Part shown: piece after piece, positions 1-8,915 of the stretch | Numbering within the stretch: the stretch's first letter is position 1 | How the letters are laid out: each line of letters begins with the position of its first letter | Origin: Anaerolineae bacterium | GTDB lineage: Bacteria > Chloroflexota > Anaerolineae > UBA1429 | Assembly (NCBI GenBank): GCA_040766725.1 | Contig: JAXGPZ010000001.1 | Location: 2,947,215-3,011,214, forward strand | Direction of reading: 5' to 3' | DNA length: 64,000 bases | Made by a program: the position numbers and the translations under genes | Notes under the pieces: model-generated | Database searches by the model: none | What the model was told of the DNA's origin: nothing | The model's input: the letters and a program-made list of their open reading frames with translations, nothing else

Positions 1-6
1 GATACG

Positions 7-2367
7 GTGCAGCGCTTTCTGGTGGACGCTCGCGGCGCCGACGGCCTCGAGATCGACCACCGTGAGATGTTCGTGGTGCAGGCCGGCGCCACCGTGGAGC
101 ATGTGGCCACGGTCAAGGTCACCGGCGAGGCGCCCTATGCCAAGGATAACGGCGATGCGCCCGCCGTGCGCTCGGTCATCACCTTTGGCCATGACGATGT
201 CGAGCTCTACTCGGGCATTCGCGCCCGCAAGCCGGTCGAGTTCTCGACCGATGTGCCCGAGCTGTCGTTGGCGCTCCAGCGACCCACAACCGTGACGCTG
301 CAGTTGCAGAACCGCCGGCCAGAGGCAGTGACAGGCGCCCTGCGCCTGTCTGGGGCAGAGGGCCTGTCGCTCTCGTGGCAAGAGCGCGAGGTAGAGGTCC
401 CCGCTCAAGGGTACGTGAGCCTGCCGGTGGAGGTGACCGCGGCGGGCGAGCGCGTCTACGCGCTCGAGGCGCGGCTGTTGCTGACAGGCAACGAAACTCC
501 TTTGACCGAAACCCTACGGCTCTTTAGCGTGGGCCCGGGCGGCCTGGTCTCGCAAGCCGACGAAAAGTCGGCGCGCATCGAGACCGACGGACTGCGCATC
601 AGTGTGGCCGCCAAGCGCGGCGAGATCACCCTCACCGACAAGGCCACGCGCAGCAAGCTGGTCAGCTTTGGCCCTGCCATGGGGCCGCCGTTTTACTATT
701 CTGAGGCACAACGCCGCGAGTTCACCGTGGCGCTGGAACAGGCCAATGGGCGCGTTTTGGTGAGCCTGACGGCCGAAAGCAAAGCGCAACCCGGCCTGAT
801 GCTACAGCAGCGCGTCGGCATCGCGCCCACGGGGCTGGTTGAGGCCACCGCCTGGCTCGAGAATCGCGGCAGCGTCAAGCGCGAGGCGACCATCCGCCAG
901 TGGTTCGACCGCGGCGATAGCGACACGCTGCGGGCGATGGTGCCGTTACCCGAGGGCATCATCAGCTCCAACGCCAACTGGTGGCCGCGCCTGGATGGCG
1001 ACCTGCCGCGCGACCCTGCCGCCTTTGCCGAGCCCTGGCAGGCCTGGCAAGGTCGTGGCGTGTCTGCCGGCGTGGCCTGGGGCAGTGGCGTGCGCGACGT
1101 GCGCCCTGGCCATGGGCTGACCGCCCGGGGTGCGCTGGAGCACCTCGAGGCTGGCGCCCGCTCAACGCCGCTGACGGTGGCCGTCTATGGCCATCACGGC
1201 GACTGGCCAGAGGTGCGCACCCGCCTGTGCGCCTGGGCGGGCACAGAGCCAAAGCCCTTGCGCGTACGTGAGGCGGCCGTGGCGACGGTCGAGCCTGGCC
1301 TGATCCTGACCGATCGGGATGAGGCCGAGGCCACGGTGCGCGCCTGCAGTGTGCTGAACCGCGCCTTTGATGGCCGCGTCACGCTGGCCTGTGAGCCGGC
1401 CTTGCGCGCCGATTGGACCGAGCTCGACACCCCCGCCCTCATTCAGGGGCAGGCGGTGGAGCGCGCTGTGCGACTGACCTTGCCCGCCAACCAGATCGGC
1501 GTGTTCGGCGGCGAGGCGCAGTTGGCGCTGCCCATGCTCCACAGCAGCTCTCCGTTCCATGTGGCCCGCCTGGGCCTGGGCGGCGACGTGCGCATCAGCC
1601 CCATGGTCGATGGCGGCTATGATGTCTGGCAGATCGATAACGGCCTGGGGCAGGTCAGAGTCTCGGCCGACTATGGCCCTTCGGCCTACTCCTGGCAGGT
1701 GCGCGGCGAGGAGCAGCTCACCAGCTTTTTCCCGGAGACGCGGGGCCTGGCGTGGATGCACCCCTTCTTTGGCGGCATCCATCCGATGTTGCTGCCCAAG
1801 GGGTCATGGTGCTTTGAGGGGTTCCTGCACACGGCCCCCCGCAGCGCGGCCCCGGTGCAGGCCACCGATCGCTGGGGGCTCAACTGGGTAGGGGTGCGCG
1901 TCACGGCGCGGCCCGAGCAGGAGGGGTTGCGCGACCTGCAGGTCGAGTTCGACGTGCTGACGCTGGGCCGCGCACCGCTGCTCAAGATCGTCTACCGACT
2001 GATCAACCTGCGAGCCGCAGCCCGCGAGTGCATTGCCGGGCTCAACGCCGTGCCCAACCTGGGCGGGCGTGTGCAGGACCTCGTGTTGGTGGGCGCCGAT
2101 AACTGGCATCAGGATACGCTGGTGGGGAACATGCGCTCGGGCCAGCGCTGGGGCGCGGTGGTCAACCCGCGCGACGGCCGAGCAGCATTGCTGGTCTGCA
2201 ATCGCGATGCCGTCGGACTCTGGGCCACCGCGCAGGCAGGCCGGCTATTCGCTGGCGGCTGTGAGGCGCGCCTGGCCGCGAACATGACTCATGAGACCAC
2301 CTACTATCTGGCGCTGGCCGACAATCTCGATAAGGCCAAACGCTATGTCGTGCTGCAAGACGCCTGA
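7..2367 (+). CDS. large hypothetical protein (786 aa as listed; frame stays open to the window edge, so it may be 5'-partial)
   Basis: Long ORF with GC3-rich codon usage consistent with neighbours; no family recognised by eye; nt 1-6 in-frame without stop. Confidence 0.5.
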   Translation: MQRFLVDARGADGLEIDHREMFVVQAGATVEHVATVKVTGEAPYAKDNGDAPAVRSVITFGHDDVELYSGIRARKPVEFSTDVPELSLALQRPTTVTLQLQNRRPEAVTGALRLSGAEGLSLSWQEREVEVPAQGYVSLPVEVTAAGERVYALEARLLLTGNETPLTETLRLFSVGPGGLVSQADEKSARIETDGLRISVAAKRGEITLTDKATRSKLVSFGPAMGPPFYYSEAQRREFTVALEQANGRVLVSLTAESKAQPGLMLQQRVGIAPTGLVEATAWLENRGSVKREATIRQWFDRGDSDTLRAMVPLPEGIISSNANWWPRLDGDLPRDPAAFAEPWQAWQGRGVSAGVAWGSGVRDVRPGHGLTARGALEHLEAGARSTPLTVAVYGHHGDWPEVRTRLCAWAGTEPKPLRVREAAVATVEPGLILTDRDEAEATVRACSVLNRAFDGRVTLACEPALRADWTELDTPALIQGQAVERAVRLTLPANQIGVFGGEAQLALPMLHSSSPFHVARLGLGGDVRISPMVDGGYDVWQIDNGLGQVRVSADYGPSAYSWQVRGEEQLTSFFPETRGLAWMHPFFGGIHPMLLPKGSWCFEGFLHTAPRSAAPVQATDRWGLNWVGVRVTARPEQEGLRDLQVEFDVLTLGRAPLLKIVYRLINLRAAARECIAGLNAVPNLGGRVQDLVLVGADNWHQDTLVGNMRSGQRWGAVVNPRDGRAALLVCNRDAVGLWATAQAGRLFAGGCEARLAANMTHETTYYLALADNLDKAKRYVVLQDA

Positions 2368-2379
2368 TCGCGGAGGCAT

Positions 2380-3465
2380 GTGATGATCAACTTGCGCATT
2401 CCCGGGCCCACGCCCTTGCCGCCCGACGTGCAGGCGTCCGTTGGGCAGCAGATGATCAACCATCGCGGCGCCGCGTTCGAGCAGCTCTTGCGCGAGACGA
2501 GCGGCTGGCTCAGGCTCTTTTTCGAGACTGAGCAACAGGTCTATATCCTCACCTCGTCGGGCACGGGCGCCATGGAGGCCAGCATCGCCAACACCCTCTC
2601 GCCAGGCGACCGAGTGCTGGCCATTTCCTGCGGCTCGTTTGGCGACCGCTATGACGAGATCGCGCGCGCCTATCGCGCCGACGTGACCAGCCTCAAGTTC
2701 GCCGCAGGGCGGGCCGTAGACCCCGACCGGGTGGGCGAGGCCGCCAGAGCAGAGGGGCCGTTCAAGGCAGCCATCCTGACTCACAACGAGACCTCGACGG
2801 GGGTGCTGAATGACGTGCAGGCCATCGCCGCTGCGGTGCGCGCAGCCGGGCCCGACACGCTCATCATGGTCGACAGCATCAGCGGCCTGGGCGGCGCCCG
2901 CCTGCAGATGGATGCCTGGGACGTAGATGTGGTGCTCACCGGCTCGCAGAAGGCCTGGATGGCCCCGCCGGGCCTGGCGATGATCGCGCTGAGCGCGCGC
3001 GCCTGGCGGGCCTATGAGACGGCGCAGAATCCGCGCTACTACTTTGACCTGGGGCTGGCCCGCCAGTATGCGGCCCGCGGGCAGACGCCGTCTACGCCGG
3101 CGCTGGCCACGCTCTATGGGCTGCACACCGCGCTGCAACGTATGGCCGCCGAGGGCGTGGCAGCGGTGGCCGCGCGCCACGAGGCCCTGGCCGCCCACTG
3201 CCGTGAGCGTGCCCTGGCACTCGGCATGGGGCTCTATGCCCAGGCCGGGCACTATTCGCCCACAGTGACGGCGCTCACTCTGCCTGCCGGGTATCAGCCC
3301 GACGCAGTGCTCAAGACTCTCGTCGAGCGGTACGACATTCACTGTGGCTCCACCAAAGACCCGCGGGTGGGCGTCATCCGCATCGGCCACATGGGCTATT
3401 GCAGCATCGCCGATCTCGACGCCGTGTTTGCTGCGCTGGGCGACATCCTGTCGACGGCATCGTGA
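2380..3465 (+). CDS. class V PLP-dependent aminotransferase (alanine-glyoxylate/serine-pyruvate aminotransferase type)
   Basis: N-terminal 'IPGPTP...', 'ILTSSGTGAMEA', 'LTGSQKAWMAPPGLAMI' (PLP-Lys region) typical of AGXT/SPT family; ~360 aa. Confidence 0.8.
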   Translation: MMINLRIPGPTPLPPDVQASVGQQMINHRGAAFEQLLRETSGWLRLFFETEQQVYILTSSGTGAMEASIANTLSPGDRVLAISCGSFGDRYDEIARAYRADVTSLKFAAGRAVDPDRVGEAARAEGPFKAAILTHNETSTGVLNDVQAIAAAVRAAGPDTLIMVDSISGLGGARLQMDAWDVDVVLTGSQKAWMAPPGLAMIALSARAWRAYETAQNPRYYFDLGLARQYAARGQTPSTPALATLYGLHTALQRMAAEGVAAVAARHEALAAHCRERALALGMGLYAQAGHYSPTVTALTLPAGYQPDAVLKTLVERYDIHCGSTKDPRVGVIRIGHMGYCSIADLDAVFAALGDILSTAS

Positions 3466-5069
3466 CGCAGACAGCCGGCATCGACGCGGGCGTCGACGTT
3501 CCGCCGCCTGGGGCGACGAGCACCGGGTCGGTAGCGCGCGACGCGGCCATCAACTCGGCGGGCAACATCGCCAGCCGCTTGCTCGGGCTGGTGCGCGAGG
3601 CGGTCATCGCCGGCTCGTTTGGCGCCTCGGGCGCCACCAGCGCCTTTGACGCCGTCAGCGCCGTCCCCAAGATGGTGTACGAGCTGCTGGTGGGCGGCAT
3701 GCTCTCGTCGGCGCTGGTCCCCGTGCTCAGCGAGTACACCACCCCTCAGCAAGAACGTGAGCGCGATCACGTGCTCTCGGTGCTCTTTACTCTGTGGGCG
3801 GCGGTGCTGCTGGTCGTGGTGCTGTTGCTCGAGATCGGCGCACCGTGGATTGCCCCGGCGCTGGTGGGCGGCTTTGACGCCGAGCTGTTGGCCACCACCA
3901 CCCTGCTCATCCGCCTGATCGTGCCGTCGATCCTGATCTATGGGCTCTCGGGCATCCTGCAGGCCTTTCACTATGCGCGCAAGCGCTTTGCCTATCCGGC
4001 GCTCGGCGCGCCAGCGCACAATCTGGGCGTCATCGTGGCCGTGCTGCTGCTGGCGACGCGGCTGGGCGTGCCAGCGTTGAGCCTGGCGATCGTGGTGGCC
4101 GCCGTCACGCAGCTCGTGGTGCAGCTTCCGGGGCTCAAAGGCGTGCGCCTGCGCCTCAGCCTCGACTGGCGACACCGCGTGATCCGCCGGCTGCTGGTGC
4201 TCTATGCGCCGGTGGTGCTCAGCATCGTCGTGCAGAACGTGGGCGTGATCATCGATCGCAACCTGGCCTCGCGCACCATCGCCGAGGCGATCACCTACAT
4301 GAACAAGGCCACGTTCCTCATCCAGTTGCCGCTGGGGCCGGTGTCGATGGCGGTCTCGTTGGCGGTGCTGCCCACCCTGTCGCAGCTCGACGCCGCCCGC
4401 GACGATACACGCTTCAAGGCCACGTTGGCCAGGGGGCTGCGGCTGGTGCTGGCGGTGATCATCCCCGCCGGCGTGGGCCTGGCGGCGCTGGGCCGGCCCA
4501 TCATCGAGCTGATCTATGAGCATGGCGCCTACACCGCCATCGACACGGCGCAGACGGTCCGCGCCCTGCAGCTCTACCTCGTAGGGTTGCCTTTTGCCGC
4601 CATCGACCTGCCGCTGGTCTTTAGCTTTTACGCGCAAAAGGACACCGTGCGCCCCGTGCTGGTGGGCATTGCCACGGTCCTGCTCTATCTGGTGGTGGCG
4701 CCCACCCTGGCCTTTGCGCTGGACTGGGGCTTTTACGGGCTGGTGGCGGCCAACTCGGTGCAGCTCACGGCCCATGCGTTGATCATGCTCTGGCTCTTTC
4801 GTCGGCGCTATGGCGGCCTGGCCGGGCTGGGCGTTGGTGCAGTGGCGCTCAAGGCGCTGGTCGGCTCGGCGCCGGTGGCCTTGCTGGCGGGTGGCAGCTA
4901 TGTGGGGCTGCGCAGCTTGCCCATAGGTGGCCTGCCTGGCGAGGTCGTGCGGGTGGGCGTGCCGTTGGTGCTCGGGGCTGCCGGCTATCTGCTCGCGGCG
5001 CGCTGGTTACACATCGCCGAGCTCGAGGAGCTCTGGAGCGCGGTTCGCCGCAAGGTGATGTCGCGCTAG
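3462..5069 (+). CDS. murJ: lipid II flippase MurJ/MviN (start moved to GTG 3462, which overlaps the upstream stop as GTGA)
   Basis: 'SAGNIASRLLGLVREAVIAGSFGASGATSAFDAVSAVPKMVYELLVGGMLSSALVPVL' matches conserved MurJ N-terminus; multi-TM; listed ATG 3399 lies inside the upstream gene. Confidence 0.8.
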   Translation: MTQTAGIDAGVDVPPPGATSTGSVARDAAINSAGNIASRLLGLVREAVIAGSFGASGATSAFDAVSAVPKMVYELLVGGMLSSALVPVLSEYTTPQQERERDHVLSVLFTLWAAVLLVVVLLLEIGAPWIAPALVGGFDAELLATTTLLIRLIVPSILIYGLSGILQAFHYARKRFAYPALGAPAHNLGVIVAVLLLATRLGVPALSLAIVVAAVTQLVVQLPGLKGVRLRLSLDWRHRVIRRLLVLYAPVVLSIVVQNVGVIIDRNLASRTIAEAITYMNKATFLIQLPLGPVSMAVSLAVLPTLSQLDAARDDTRFKATLARGLRLVLAVIIPAGVGLAALGRPIIELIYEHGAYTAIDTAQTVRALQLYLVGLPFAAIDLPLVFSFYAQKDTVRPVLVGIATVLLYLVVAPTLAFALDWGFYGLVAANSVQLTAHALIMLWLFRRRYGGLAGLGVGAVALKALVGSAPVALLAGGSYVGLRSLPIGGLPGEVVRVGVPLVLGAAGYLLAARWLHIAELEELWSAVRRKVMSR

Positions 5070-5671
5070 TCGCTGTTCAGCGCGCGGGCAGGCCGCACCT
5101 CACGCTCCACCCATTTGAGCGGCGCCTCGGGCGGCACATAGCCCTCGATATAGTCGAGCACCGCCGCCGGGGCAGCGCCGACATAGTAGCTGTCGCGATA
5201 GGCGGCATGGGCAAAGCGCTGGCTATAGAGCTGCTCGAAAAAGCGCAGCAGCCCATCGTAAAAGCCATGCGTGTTTACAAAGGCCACCGGGCCCTGGAGA
5301 TAGCGCAACTGTTTGAGGGTGATGACCTGGGCGATCTCTTCGAGGGTGCCAAAGCCGCCGGGCAAGGCCACAAAGGCTTCGGCCTCGCGCTCCATCAGCT
5401 CCTTGCGCTCGGCCATCGTCGCCGTGATGGTCAGCTCGTCGGCTGCTTCGTAGGCCACGCCGTGGTCGACCATCAACTGGGGGATGATGCCGTGCACCCT
5501 GGCGCCGGCCGCCTGAGCGGCACGCGCCAGCTCGCCCATCAGCCCCACGCAGCTGCCGCCGAACACGAGGCTGTGCCCGTGCTCGCCCAGCAGGCGCCCG
5601 AACTCGACGGTCGCGTGCACGTAAGCCTGGTCCACCGCGCCACTCGACGAACAGAATACGCAGATGCGCAT
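5066..5671 (-). CDS. LOG family protein (cytokinin riboside 5'-monophosphate phosphoribohydrolase-like, TIGR00730)
   Basis: 'MRICVFCSSSG...GHSLVFGGSCVGLMGELARAA...GIIP' and 'ALPGGFGTLEE' LOG/TIGR00730 signature. Confidence 0.75.
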   Translation of the reverse strand: MRICVFCSSSGAVDQAYVHATVEFGRLLGEHGHSLVFGGSCVGLMGELARAAQAAGARVHGIIPQLMVDHGVAYEAADELTITATMAERKELMEREAEAFVALPGGFGTLEEIAQVITLKQLRYLQGPVAFVNTHGFYDGLLRFFEQLYSQRFAHAAYRDSYYVGAAPAAVLDYIEGYVPPEAPLKWVEREVRPARALNSD

Positions 5672-5795
5672 CTTGGCCCCCTATCGTAAGGGGCAGCATA
5701 GTGAGCGGGCGCCAGGGTGTCAAAGCGTGCGCGTGCCCGTTGTGTGGCGTGGCCGGGGCGCGCTATACTAAAGGCGTCGAGCACAGGAGAGCGCC

Positions 5796-6881
5796 ATGAC
5801 CGATTGTGAGCTACCGCCCACCGATGCCCAAAACGCTATCCGTCTCACCAAGATGGCCAAGGCGGCGGGTTGAGGCGCCAAACGGGCCTCTGCGGCCCTG
5901 GCGCGGGTCACGCGTCAACTGAGCCAGGTCTTTGACGAGTCGCTCTACCCCGATCTGCTGGTAGGCCTGAGCGCCCCCGACGACGCCGCCGTCTGGCGGC
6001 TCGACGCGCAACGTGCGCTGGTCTTCACCGTCGACTTTTTCACGCCGGTGGTCGATGATCCTTACGACTGGGGAGCCATCGCTGCCGCCAACGCCCTCAG
6101 CGACATCTATGCAATGGGGGGGCGACCGTTCCTGGCGCTCAACCTGGCGGCCTTTCCCGCCACTCTGCCCGAGGAGATCATCGCGCGGGTGCTGCTGGGC
6201 AGCGCGGAGAAGGTGCGCGAGGCGGGGGCCATCGTGGCAGGCGGGCACACCATCGACGATGAAGAGCCCAAGTTCGGCCTGGCCGTGCTGGGCATGACCT
6301 CGCCCGAGCAGATCAGCACCAAAGCCGGCGCACAGCCGGGCGACGTGCTGGTGCTCACCAAACCTCTGGGCGTTGGCATTATCACCACGGCGTACAAGGG
6401 CGATGTCGCTGCGCCAGAGCACGTGGCTGCGGCGGTAGCCTCGATGAAACAGCTCAATCGCGCGGCTGCCGAGGCCCTTGCAGAGGTCAGGCCTCATGCT
6501 GTCACCGATATCACCGGCTTTGGCCTGCTGGGCCACGCCTACGAGGTGGCTCAGCAGGGCGGCGTGCGTCTGCGTCTGCAGTGGGGCACGCTCCCCTTTC
6601 TGCCGGGCGCACGGGCCTATGCGCAGGACCTGCTCTTTCCCGCCATGGCCAGCAAGAACATGAGCGACTATGGTCCCCAGGTGCGCTTTGACGACCGGCT
6701 GGAGTATGAGGACCGTTTGCTGCTCTTTTGCCCCGAGACGTCGGGGGGGCTATTCGTGAGCCTATCGCCGGCCGACGCCGAGCGCTATGTAGCGCGCTGC
6801 CGCGAACTGGGCCAGGCGGCCTGGGTCATCGGCCAGGTGTTGCCGGCCGATAGCGGCGAGCGGGCCATCGAGGTGATCTAG
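5796..6881 (+). CDS. selD: selenide, water dikinase SelD, selenocysteine-containing (in-frame UGA=Sec at 5871-5873); the ORF track shows only the post-UGA fragment 6048..6881
   Basis: ATG 5796 preceded by AGGAGA (5785-5790). Translation reads MTDCELPPTDAQNAIRLTKMAKAAG-U-GAKRASAALARV...FTVDFFTPVVDDPYDWGAIAAANALSDIYAMGG..., which aligns to the E. coli SelD N-terminus (IRLTQYSHGAGCGCKI...), with UGA exactly at the Cys17 position. The AIRS-domain remainder is clearly SelD. Confidence 0.85.
5874..5905 (+). promoter_or_regulatory. bacterial SECIS-like stem-loop immediately 3' of the selD UGA
   Basis: gcgcca(5875-5880)/aac bulge/gggcc(5884-5888)-loop tctgc-ggccc(5894-5898)/tggcgc(5899-5904): 11-bp interrupted stem starting 2 nt after UGA, apical loop ~16-20 nt downstream. 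Confidence 0.6.
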
Positions 6882-6956
6882 CGCGGCTGCCTCTACCGTG
6901 CAGCCCGCCGGTGTGATATACTGGTGTCGAGTGAGTAAAGGGTCTGGTGCACGACG

Positions 6957-8915
6957 ATGCCCCAGCTCAAGCCGCTGGTGCGCCCCAGGTCTGACCGCCG
7001 GCCGGCGAAAGACACCCGCCCGCCTGGGCAGGCGCTTTCGCCCGATGAGTTGGCCATGCTGCGCGCCAGGGGGCGCGCGGCGCCAGCCATGTTGTCGAAC
7101 GGGGGCCTTGCGGCCCTGGTGCGACAGATCGGCAACCGCGCCGCCGGCGCCTATGTGGCCCGTGTGCCGGGCGACGAGGACCTAGATGCCCTGCTGGGCG
7201 GCGGACCCACCGCCGCCCAGGCTCCCAGCACTGGGGTCGCCGCGCCACCGCCCTCTGAGACAGCCCCTGCGCCCGAGCCCGCCACAGCGGCGGGCCCTGA
7301 AGAGGCCGGGGCCGCGCCGCCCGAAGCTGCCGGCGCCCCTACGGCGGCTGAGGGCGAGCAGCCAACTGCCCCTGAAGCCAAGCCCACTCCGCCTGTACGT
7401 GTGTTGAGCCCGGTGCTCCCGCCTCGGAATATCACGGGCGGCGGCCCACAAGAGGGCCTCGTGCCCGCCGGGCCCGTGGCAGGCGTCAAGCCGCCTGCGG
7501 GCGCCTTTGAGCCCAAGAAGCAGCCCTGGCCGCCCAAGCCGGGCGCTGCAGGTGGTCAGCCCATGGAGGGCGGCCTCAAGGGGCCGGGCGCCATCAGCCG
7601 CCCCGAGGCGGTGCCCGCCATACCGGCCGCTCCGTCCACGGCCGCCGGGATGACGCCGTCGACCCAGACGCCGGCAGTCGGCGCAGCCGCGCCGGCTCCA
7701 GCAGGAGCCACAGCAGAGGCGGCACCCGCCGCGCCGGAGACCACTGCGGCCACGGGGCAGACCCCCGTCGAGGCCGAGACCAACGCTGCCACTCGCACCG
7801 CTGAGACGCAGGGTGCGACGCAGGCCGAGTCGGCAGGCCAGGCGGTCACGTCCGAGGCGCAGACGGCCGGGGCTGGCGTCGAGGAAGCGACTGCCGAGGC
7901 GCAGGCCACCGAGGCCGAGGCGCCCGCAGCGGCAGCAGCCGAGCGCGAGCCCTCGTGGATGGACGCGGCGCGGCAAACGCTGCAACGTGTGCTGGGCTAT
8001 GTCAGCGACCGCGCGCGGCAGGCCCTGCACCTGGTCGATGGCCTGGGCACGCGCATCGTCGACCTGGCCCGCCAGGGCGTGCAGGCGGCCACCAACGCCA
8101 TCCGCACAGCCGGTGCTATGATCTCGGGCTCCATCACCCGGCTGCTGGCCACCCTGAGCAGCACCATCTCAGCGCTCGTCTCGCGCGCCCAGGGCGTTGC
8201 CCGCGAGATCCGCGAGGCCGCTGGCCGCGCCGTTAACTGGGTGCTCTCGCTGATGGGCGATGTGGGCGAGCGCATCCGCAACGGCGTCACGTCGTTTCTG
8301 CAGGGCGCCTACCGGCGGTTGGTGCCCATGGTGCGCAACATGCGCCTGGGAGCCGAGCGAGCGTTGGCCACTCTCACCAACTATGTGGTGAGCGCGATCA
8401 GGCAGCGCGGCCAGCAACTGCGCCAGATGGTGCAGCGTCTGTTGATGCAGATCACCGAGCGGATCCGGCTGCTACGCCTCGCGATTCGCACCGCCATCGA
8501 GATATTGCTGAACGGCGAGCCGCCGGCGCCCGAGGCCGCGGCGCGTTGGGTGCGAGAGCGCTTGCGCCGCGTAGGCCTGCCGCCACTGCAGGCGCTCGGC
8601 CAGGCGCTGACCCGCGCTGCAAGAGCGGCCGGCCGGGGCATCCGCGAGGCGCTGCGAGCGGTCGTCGATCCCCTGGCCAGCGCCTACCGCAGTGCGGCAG
8701 GCTTTATGCGGATGAGCCTGGCGCCTATCCTCGAAGGCGCCCGCGAGTTTGCGCCCGAGATCGTCCAGGAGGCAGAGATCGGCGCCGGCCAGGGCGAGAG
8801 CGCCGTGCAGACGATCGGCAGTGCCATCGACGCGGAAGTGCTGAGCACCGAGGCCGCCGCTCAAGAAGGCGTCGCCACACTGGCGTCAGAGATCAACACC
8901 ATCGCCGAGGTCTAG
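6957..8915 (+). CDS. hypothetical protein: N-terminal conserved-looking segment, ~250-aa Ala/Pro/Glu/Thr-rich disordered acidic linker, C-terminal amphipathic helical-repeat region
   Basis: ORF 652 aa. N-term 'LAALVRQIGNRAAGAYVARV' resembles the LQRxIGNxAV motif I recall near the N-termini of DUF4157-family proteins (recalled from memory, unverified). The C-terminus is predicted all-helical repeats. The gene sits 75 nt downstream of selD on the same strand. Confidence 0.5.
   Translation: MPQLKPLVRPRSDRRPAKDTRPPGQALSPDELAMLRARGRAAPAMLSNGGLAALVRQIGNRAAGAYVARVPGDEDLDALLGGGPTAAQAPSTGVAAPPPSETAPAPEPATAAGPEEAGAAPPEAAGAPTAAEGEQPTAPEAKPTPPVRVLSPVLPPRNITGGGPQEGLVPAGPVAGVKPPAGAFEPKKQPWPPKPGAAGGQPMEGGLKGPGAISRPEAVPAIPAAPSTAAGMTPSTQTPAVGAAAPAPAGATAEAAPAAPETTAATGQTPVEAETNAATRTAETQGATQAESAGQAVTSEAQTAGAGVEEATAEAQATEAEAPAAAAAEREPSWMDAARQTLQRVLGYVSDRARQALHLVDGLGTRIVDLARQGVQAATNAIRTAGAMISGSITRLLATLSSTISALVSRAQGVAREIREAAGRAVNWVLSLMGDVGERIRNGVTSFLQGAYRRLVPMVRNMRLGAERALATLTNYVVSAIRQRGQQLRQMVQRLLMQITERIRLLRLAIRTAIEILLNGEPPAPEAAARWVRERLRRVGLPPLQALGQALTRAARAAGRGIREALRAVVDPLASAYRSAAGFMRMSLAPILEGAREFAPEIVQEAEIGAGQGESAVQTIGSAIDAEVLSTEAAAQEGVATLASEINTIAEV

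Noticed and set aside
3396-4775. 459-aa ORF antisense to murJ. Similar long antisense ORFs: 17162..18556, 21399..22835, 41827..43392, 46505..48298, 60240..61904, 9707..10912, 19023..19967, 45640..46566, 52427..53572.
   Set aside because: They are fully embedded opposite genes with strong family signatures. Their products are Arg/Ala/Gly/Pro-rich with no motifs. Long spurious stop-free frames are expected in ~70% GC DNA.
5811-6536. 241-aa ORF on the minus strand across the selD 5' region
   Set aside because: It is antisense to the SelD coding sequence, which carries strong homology, and has no RBS or motif; GC-driven artefact.
6048-6881. selD called as a 277-aa N-terminally truncated gene or pseudogene
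   Set aside because: The upstream frame is open from ATG 5796 except for a single TGA at the known Sec/Cys position. An RBS and a SECIS-like hairpin are both present, so recoding is the better explanation, not decay.
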